Assembly (NCBI GenBank): GCA_010909165.1
Contig: VJWM01000382.1
Location: 1-26,157 of the forward strand
Origin: Anthoceros angustus
Taxonomy: Eukaryota > Plantae > Anthocerotophyta
Reading direction: 5' to 3'
Length of the DNA stretch: 26,157 bases
This document shows, one piece after another, positions 20,130-26,157 of the stretch (the first letter of the stretch is position 1; every line of letters begins with the position of its first letter). The notes beneath the pieces are model-generated. The model was not told the origin of the DNA, did no database searches, and was given only the letters and a program-made list of their open reading frames with translations. The position numbers and the translations under genes are program-made.

Positions 20130-22200
20130 CCCTCTCAGTTGCACGAGCGTGCAGGCAGCAAGATCGGCAGGAAGCTGGTCCTCTGGCTTCTCTGCCTGAG
20201 GATCTGTACCTCCTGTGATCCAGTTTCAGGATCCTGATCCACAGGTGCCTTGCCATCTTCCACGGCTGCTTTTGGCACTGCATTTCTTGCTGATTCCTTT
20301 GCAGATTTCTTTGGTGATCTCGAGCACGAGCAGGGGCAGGAGGACGTTGTTGGAGTGGTTCTACCTTGACCTCCTGCACAGGCTGCTTGGCTGGAAGATG
20401 ACGTGGAATCGGGGATCTCCGGAAGAAGTTGGATTTAGGCCGAACAGGAGGCAGAGGAGGCAGCTCCACAACACTGGTACTGCTGCTGCTTTCCTTGGTA
20501 CTGCTACTGCTCCCCTTGCTACTACCGCTGCTGTCTTCGCTACTACCGCTGCCTCCCTTGGCGCTACTGCTACATCCATTGCTACTGCTACTTCCTGACT
20601 ACTGTCCTCCTCGACAAGCCCTTGGACAGGGGCCCCTGCACCATTGATCTCCAACGTCCTCTGCTCCTGCTCCTCCACCGTGCCCTCTACAACCGTGCCC
20701 TCCACCACCGTGCTCTCAACAACCGCGCTCTCCACCACCTCGCTCTCAACAACAGTGCTGTCCACCACCTTGCTCTCTACCACATTGCTCTCCACCACCT
20801 TGCTCTCTACCACATTGCTCTCCACCACCTTGCTCTCTAGCACATTCCTCTCCATCACGGTAGTCTCCACCAAGCTCCTTGCTTCAACAACCGGCTCCTG
20901 CAATGACTTCTTCCGGGCTTGGGAGGGAATCGGAGACTGGCGGACAAACTTGGAAGCAGCTCTTGACGGGGAGGGAGCGGCAGCAGCAGCATCTGGAGCA
21001 GCAACAGCAGCATCTGGAGCTGGAGGATGATCAGCAGCCGGAAGCTGGACAGCCATGACTGGAGATTCAGCTGTGGCAGCTACAGATTCTCCCATGCCAG
21101 ACTTGGACGCCGCCTCTGCCTTGTTGGAGCCGCCGCTCCTGGAAACCTCAGCAGCCTTAGGAACTCTGTTGTCGGAATGCTGCTCTCTTGCGACACCATT
21201 CACTACCAGCAAAGGAGGAGGAGGAGAAGGAGGAGGAGGAGAAGAAGGAGAAACAGGAGGTGGAGGGGGAAGAACGGGCAGAGATTCGTCAGGCTGCTCT
21301 TCCACAGCATCGTCTACGACGACAGGGGCAGGAAGAGAGACAGGGCACCGTGGCCTGGAGGTGAGATTGGGAATAGGAGACCGCTTCACGAAGGAGGACT
21401 TAGGCCGAACAGGCACACCCGGGTCCTTCCGCCATGCTACCCTTCTCACCTCCTGTTTCTGCACCTGCTCTTGCTGCTGAACCTGCACCTGCACCTGCTC
21501 CTGCTCCTTTCTCCTTCCCTCCCCTTTGTCCTGCCAGCCCGCACGGGAATCGGGAATGCTTCCTGAACCGAGACGGCGGTCTGCGGCAGATGCAATGGCG
21601 CAGGAGTGAGCACATGCTGAGCCCTGGATGAAGCCAGGTCGTCCCCTCTTGCTGGGCTGCGGAGGCGGCGGTGATGCTCCTGCTCCGAACGCGTAGTGGA
21701 AGCTCCCATCTGCAAGCTCTGCCAGGCCCACCAGCTGCATCAAAAGATGGTACCTCAGTGACAAGCACTCTCTCCGCCTCTCTTGCCATTGCCATTGCCA
21801 TTGCCATTTTCATGCAGTTGCCATTGCCATCGCACTCGCCATTGTCACACATTTCTCACACACAATGCAGGGAGGAGCAATCGAGGTGATAGTATACCTC
21901 TCACAGAAGTGATGACGACATCATCGTCGCTCACGGCCAGCAAGGGGCCGCCTTCCGCTGGGCCCTGACGCTGGGGCAGGCGGCCCCCGCCATGTCGTCT
22001 GCCCAGGCTCAAGCCTGCTTGCTGATTCTGCTGCTGCTGCTGCTGCTGATGCTGCTGCTGATGCTGATGCTGCTGCTGTTGGCAGCAGCTGGAACTCGAG
22101 CTCGAGCTCGTCGGCAACCTCGCCAGCTGCAGCTTGCCGGCCAGCAGCGCCATGCCACCGCCCAGCCCCATCGAGGGCTACAGCATCGATCACGGAGCCG
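20130..22200 (-). CDS. Low-complexity Pro/Ser/Ala/Val-rich protein with three F-x-[KR]-[RQ]-SPIP motifs
   Basis: 467-aa ORF 20361-21764 continues by apparent 1-nt shifts into 19972-20469 and upstream ORFs. Start, end and exon structure are uncertain. Confidence 0.65.
20672..20870 (-). repeat. Coding 15-nt tandem array (VVES-x pentapeptide, ~12 units)
   Basis: VLESKVVESNVVESKVVESNVVESKVVDSTVVESEVVESAVVESTVVEGTVVEGTVEE. Confidence 0.95.
22028..22078 (+). repeat. Interrupted (CTG)n tract
   Basis: CTG run interrupted by ATG units. Confidence 0.9.
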
Positions 22201-22429
22201 GAGCCGGAGCCGCCTCACCTCCTGCTTCTGTGTGACTGCGAGAGCGCCAACTATCCACAATTCGCTTCGCGCCGGCGCTACCCGGAACTCGCGCTCCACT
22301 GCTGATCAGGTGGCTTAACCGGCACCCGATGAGATTCGAGGACGGGACGTGCCAACAGCGTGCCGTTTCCGTGCAGGCCTGTGCGCCCCTGAGAAACATG
22401 TTGCCAGGACGAACACCGTCCCTTCACTG

Positions 22430-22501
22430 TATTTCACAGATATTTCCGTGAGGTGAACTCTTAAACATATTTCAGAGATATTTCTGTGTAAGGTGGACCT
22501 C
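22430..22501 (+). repeat. Imperfect ~38-bp tandem duplication
   Basis: TATTTCACAGATATTTCCGTGAGGTGAACTC vs TATTTCAGAGATATTTCTGTGTAAGGTGGACCTC. Confidence 0.8.
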
Positions 22502-22632
22502 GTGAGATCCACATCCAGGAGTACCCTTCATCGCTCGCGGTGCTTACGACTGCTTTCTTCCTAGGTAACAAGCTCTCAACAATACACTTAGGCATGGCAT
22601 TGAGAACGGTTGCATCTTGCAAGCCTAACATG

Positions 22633-22659
22633 GCAGCAGCAGCAGCAGCAGCAGCAGCA
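22633..22659 (+). repeat. (GCA)9 microsatellite
   Basis: Nine perfect units. Confidence 0.95.
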
Positions 22660-22766
22660 ATTCAGAAGGTAGCTAGCGTGCACATCTTGAAGACCTTCTG
22701 ACCTGGGTTGAGCTGAGCTCAACTGGACTGATGAAACATGTGTGGGTGCAGTGTGGCCCTGGAGGG

Positions 22767-24981
22767 TCATCTCTGGTGGAGCCTCCTTCTGGTGTAGACT
22801 CTTCCATCTTGCTGCTTCACCTCCAAGTGGTCATCCGTGACAAGGACATGGAAGAAAGAATCCACACCAGCAGCCTCCCTGTCCTTCTGGAGCCTCAACA
22901 CGGCATCGCCATCACCGCTCTCCACATACGCAGGTAAAAGGATGTCGTAGGTGATTTCACTGGGCTCAAGCCTCTCCATCATTTCAGTATACAGCTGCCC
23001 CGCCTCGTCCAGCCGGCCCACCTTGCAAGACAGTGTACGAGGTGTGTTGTACGTGGCAACGTCAGGCTGGACGCGCAGGTTCTGCATTATCCTCAGCAGT
23101 TCCAGAGCTGTGTCCAGCCTGCCGGTCTTCCCGAACCCATCAATCAGGACTGTGTAAGTGTGAGTATCCAGGCTGATCTTACTTGCCTTCATCAGCTCTA
23201 TCAGTGCAAAGGCGGAGTCGAAGTCGCCCACTCTTCCACATCCATCAAGCAACCTGTTGTACGTCAGTGCAGTTGGCAGGTAGCCGTTGTCCTGCATCTC
23301 TCTCTCTGAAAGGCGCATGCAGTGTCCATGTCCCCTTCCTTGGCATGAATGTCGATAAGTATGTTGAAAGTCCAGGCATCCAGCTTCACACCCCGCTTCT
23401 TCATCTCACCCACCAGGCTGCCCACCTGTGCCAGATCCCCAGGCCCCCCTCTCCTCGCAAGGCAGTGCATGACACTGTTGTAGGTGACCACGGAAGGCCG
23501 ATGTCCCTCCTCCTTCATCTTTCCAAAGAAGGAGGAAGCTTCATGTGCTCTGCCTGCCTTGCCAAACCCGTCGATCAAGATGTTGAACGTCCAGACGTCC
23601 GCCCGGATCCCCTGGACTTCCATCTCCCGAAACACCTGCTCGGCCCGATCCACAGCTCCTGCCTTGCACAAGTGGGTCAAGAGGCTGTTACACAGAGTGC
23701 TGTCCCTGCTCACACACTGACTGTTTGCCTCGGTATAATACTCCACTGCCTCATCCAGCCTCCCAGCCTTCCCCAGCGTTGATCACAAGAGTGTAAGAAA
23801 TATGGTCCTGGGGACAGGAATCAACACTCTCCATCTTCCTGAAGAACTCACAAGCTTCATCCACCCTCCCAGCCGTGCCGAGAGCGTTGAGCAGACCGTG
23901 GTAAGTGGTTGCATTCCGTTTGTGCCCTTGCACAGCCATCTCCTGAACAGCTTCAAGGCAGTATCTACATCGCCAGCCCTGCCAAAAGAGTTGATCAGCA
24001 TGTTGTATGTGACATCCAGCAGCTTGCATCCGGAGGCCCAGAATTCCTCAAGTAATCCCTGCTCTCCTCAAGCCTACCTGCGCCGGCCAAGGTGAGGAGC
24101 AGAAACCCATAAGTCTGAGCCTCAGGCACCAGCCCCAGCTCCTTCAGCTCCTGGAATAGCTCCACCGCCAGTTCCGCATTGCGAGCTCGGCAGAAGGCTC
24201 GTAGCAGGCAGTTGTAGGAAAACAGGTCCAACCGAGGGATGTCATGGCGCATCCTCTCCACCACCCTGCCCAGATCATCGAACCGGTCGTGCTTGGCCAG
24301 CAAGTCCACCAAGCAGGTGTAGGTGACGAGGGACGGAGGGCAGCCGGCCCTGCCCATTTCCTCGAACGTTCTCATCATCTCCGCAACCTTGCCAGCCCGG
24401 CCATAGCTCTTCAACAGGTTGGTGTACACATAGACGGTGACCTGAGCTCCGTCCTCCCGCATCCGCTTCAGGGCCTTCTCCACCTCGTCGAAGGCCCCCG
24501 CCCCCAGCACGTCGATCAAGACCGCGTAGCACAGGGAGTTGGGCACGAATCCGCCGTGCCTCCTGGCCCATTGGAAGAATCCAGATACCACGCTCGCATC
24601 TCTCTCTTTGCACAGCCTTCAACACCTCCGCCACATGGTAGGCTTGAGCCTCAGCCGGCCCAGCCTCCCCAGCGATTCCTGCATTCCCCTCCCCCATCTT
24701 CCCGACCTCAGAATCCTGATCAGGTGCCCTATCACCTCGCTGTCCAGCCTCCGTTGCGGCAGAGAGGCCCATTTCACCAGCTTTTCCTCCTGCTCCTGTC
24801 CCTGTCCCTGCTCCTTCTCTTCCTTCTGCTCTTCAGATTCCAGCTGCTCGGCTATCTTGTACTGTGCTATCACCTGCCCATCGCCCGCCCTCTCCACAGC
24901 TGCGCTGCACAAGGACGACACACGAAAATTGCTGAAGGCTGAAGGGATAGACCTGGAAACCAGCCATCGCCGGTGGGTCAT
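22767..24981 (-). CDS. P-class pentatricopeptide repeat protein (~16 repeats), probably organelle-targeted
   Basis: Consecutive ~35-aa repeats, e.g. TFNILIDGFGKAGRAHEASSFFGKMKEEGHRPSVV, over seven ORF pieces. Arg/Ser-rich N-terminus MTHRRWLVSRSIPSAFSNFRVSSLCS resembles a mitochondrial presequence. No E/DYW domain seen. Confidence 0.95.
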
Positions 24982-25283
24982 CGGAGCTCAAAAAGGAGAC
25001 GACAGTCCTGGAGTGACATCTGCTCGTGGCACGTTGCCAATGTATTGACCGAGAACTAGAAAATGACAAGGCGGCCATGGTGCGAGCAGGATCGAGCTCC
25101 ACCGGTGACCAACTGCACTTCATGAGGGTGGAGAAGGAGAGGCAAGCCTGCTGTGTGTCAGCCCCTGAATAAATCAGGCATACCAGGCATACAGTTTCAG
25201 TAGGTGATGAAGGAAAGAAAACTGCAAAGACCGTTCTTGGCATCCAGGTAATAGTATCTCGATCTTGTTTATCAACCGTCATC

Positions 25284-25479
25284 CTAGAACATTGCCTTCT
25301 GGATCGTCCAGATATGAAACCCATATAGAAGTCTAATTAACAGCAACTCAAACAGCATGTGGATTATGCTCCATACTTTCACCTTCGAGCCTGGAATTTC
25401 GGTCCAGTTCACGGCAACCTCTTTCATGGGAATGTGTAACTGTTTGCAGAGATATACGATTTCCACATCAAAACACCAC
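25284..25479 (-). CDS. ALG5: Last exon of dolichyl-phosphate beta-glucosyltransferase
   Basis: RWCFDVEIVYLCKQLHIPMKEVAVNWTEIPGSKVKVWSIIHMLFELLLIRLLYGFHIWTI matches the plant ALG5 C-terminus; preceded by acceptor-like CAG (25480-25482). Confidence 0.9.
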
Positions 25480-25482
25480 CTG

Positions 25483-26157
25483 CCCGCCCGATTCGACCTT
25501 CCACGAGGATATGCGTCGCTGGAGGAGGTTCTCGCGGACGGCACGGTCGATTCCGTCCACCTGACGACGCCGAATCGGTTTCACTTCGAGCAGGCCGCCG
25601 CGTCGCTGCGCGCGGGCAATGTGCTGTGAGAAGCCGCTCGCGATGAATTCCGCGAGACGGCGGAACTGGTCGGGATCGCTGAGTCCGGTTGCGCTGCGGG
25701 CGTCTGCCAACGTCCGTTACTATCCCTCTGCCTGGAAGCCGCCGATCGCGTTCGTCGCGGCGAAGTCGGCGATCTGTTTCACGTCGCCGGAAGCTACGCC
25801 CAGGACTGGCTCTTTCATGAGACCGACTTCAACTGGCGAGTGCTCGCGGAAGACGGCGGCGAACTACGCGCCGTCGCCGACATCAGGACGCACTGGCTGG
25901 ATTTGATTCAGTTCGTGACCGGCCGGGAAATCGAATCCGTCTGCGCCGATCTGCAGACTGTGCACCCCGTGCGGCGTCGTCCGAAAGGAGGCGTCGAGAC
26001 CTTCAGCGGCAAGCTGTCGACTTCGGTCGAGACCGAGCCGGTGCACGTCGCCACCGACGACTACGGCTGTCTGATGCTGCGATTCCAGGGGCGGACGCGG
26101 CGTCGTCTGGGTCTCGCAGACGGTCGCCGGAAGAAAGAACTGCCTGCGTTTCGAGTT
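25483..26157 (+). CDS. Bacterial Gfo/Idh/MocA-family oxidoreductase, partial at both ends, frameshifted
   Basis: YASLEEVLAD..VDSVHLTTPNRFH, VL(C)[52 protein letters not shown]; high GC, no introns. Confidence 0.9.

Noticed and set aside
20429-21715. Plus-strand ORFs opposite the SPIP protein
   Set aside because: Antisense shadows of low-complexity coding repeats.
22767-24981. PPR gene as a true pseudogene
   Set aside because: Disruptions are frameshifts with repeat consensus intact, and the same pattern appears in unrelated sequence; sequencing error is more parsimonious.
23183-25048. Long plus-strand ORFs (199, 232, 169 aa)
   Set aside because: Antisense shadows of the GC-rich PPR coding sequence.

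Overview
Eukaryotic nuclear DNA, most likely from a seed-free land plant (inferred from 57-93 nt introns, a moss-type CRE LINE and a GC-rich intronless PPR gene). The first ~19.4 kb is a nest of mobile-element remnants. It holds an intron-containing Crypton-like DUF3504 tyrosine-recombinase element (~0.3-3.6 kb) and a second 3' fragment of it (~15.3-16.06 kb). It also holds a head-to-head inverted duplication of an F-box gene fragment around a Ty3 integrase remnant, a non-autonomous Ty3-type LTR element with a large accessory ORF, a chromovirus-type gag with a tRNA-iMet PBS, an unidentified spliced AT-rich gene and the 3' end of a CRE-like LINE. Three minus-strand host genes follow: a low-complexity protein with three SPIP motifs, a ~16-repeat P-class PPR protein and the last exon of ALG5. 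At ~25483 the sequence switches abruptly to a high-GC bacterial Gfo/Idh/MocA oxidoreductase gene, most likely a chimera or contaminant. Frameshifts occur even in otherwise intact genes, which suggests long-read indel errors. All family calls are by-eye motif recognition; no database search was run and most boundaries are approximate.
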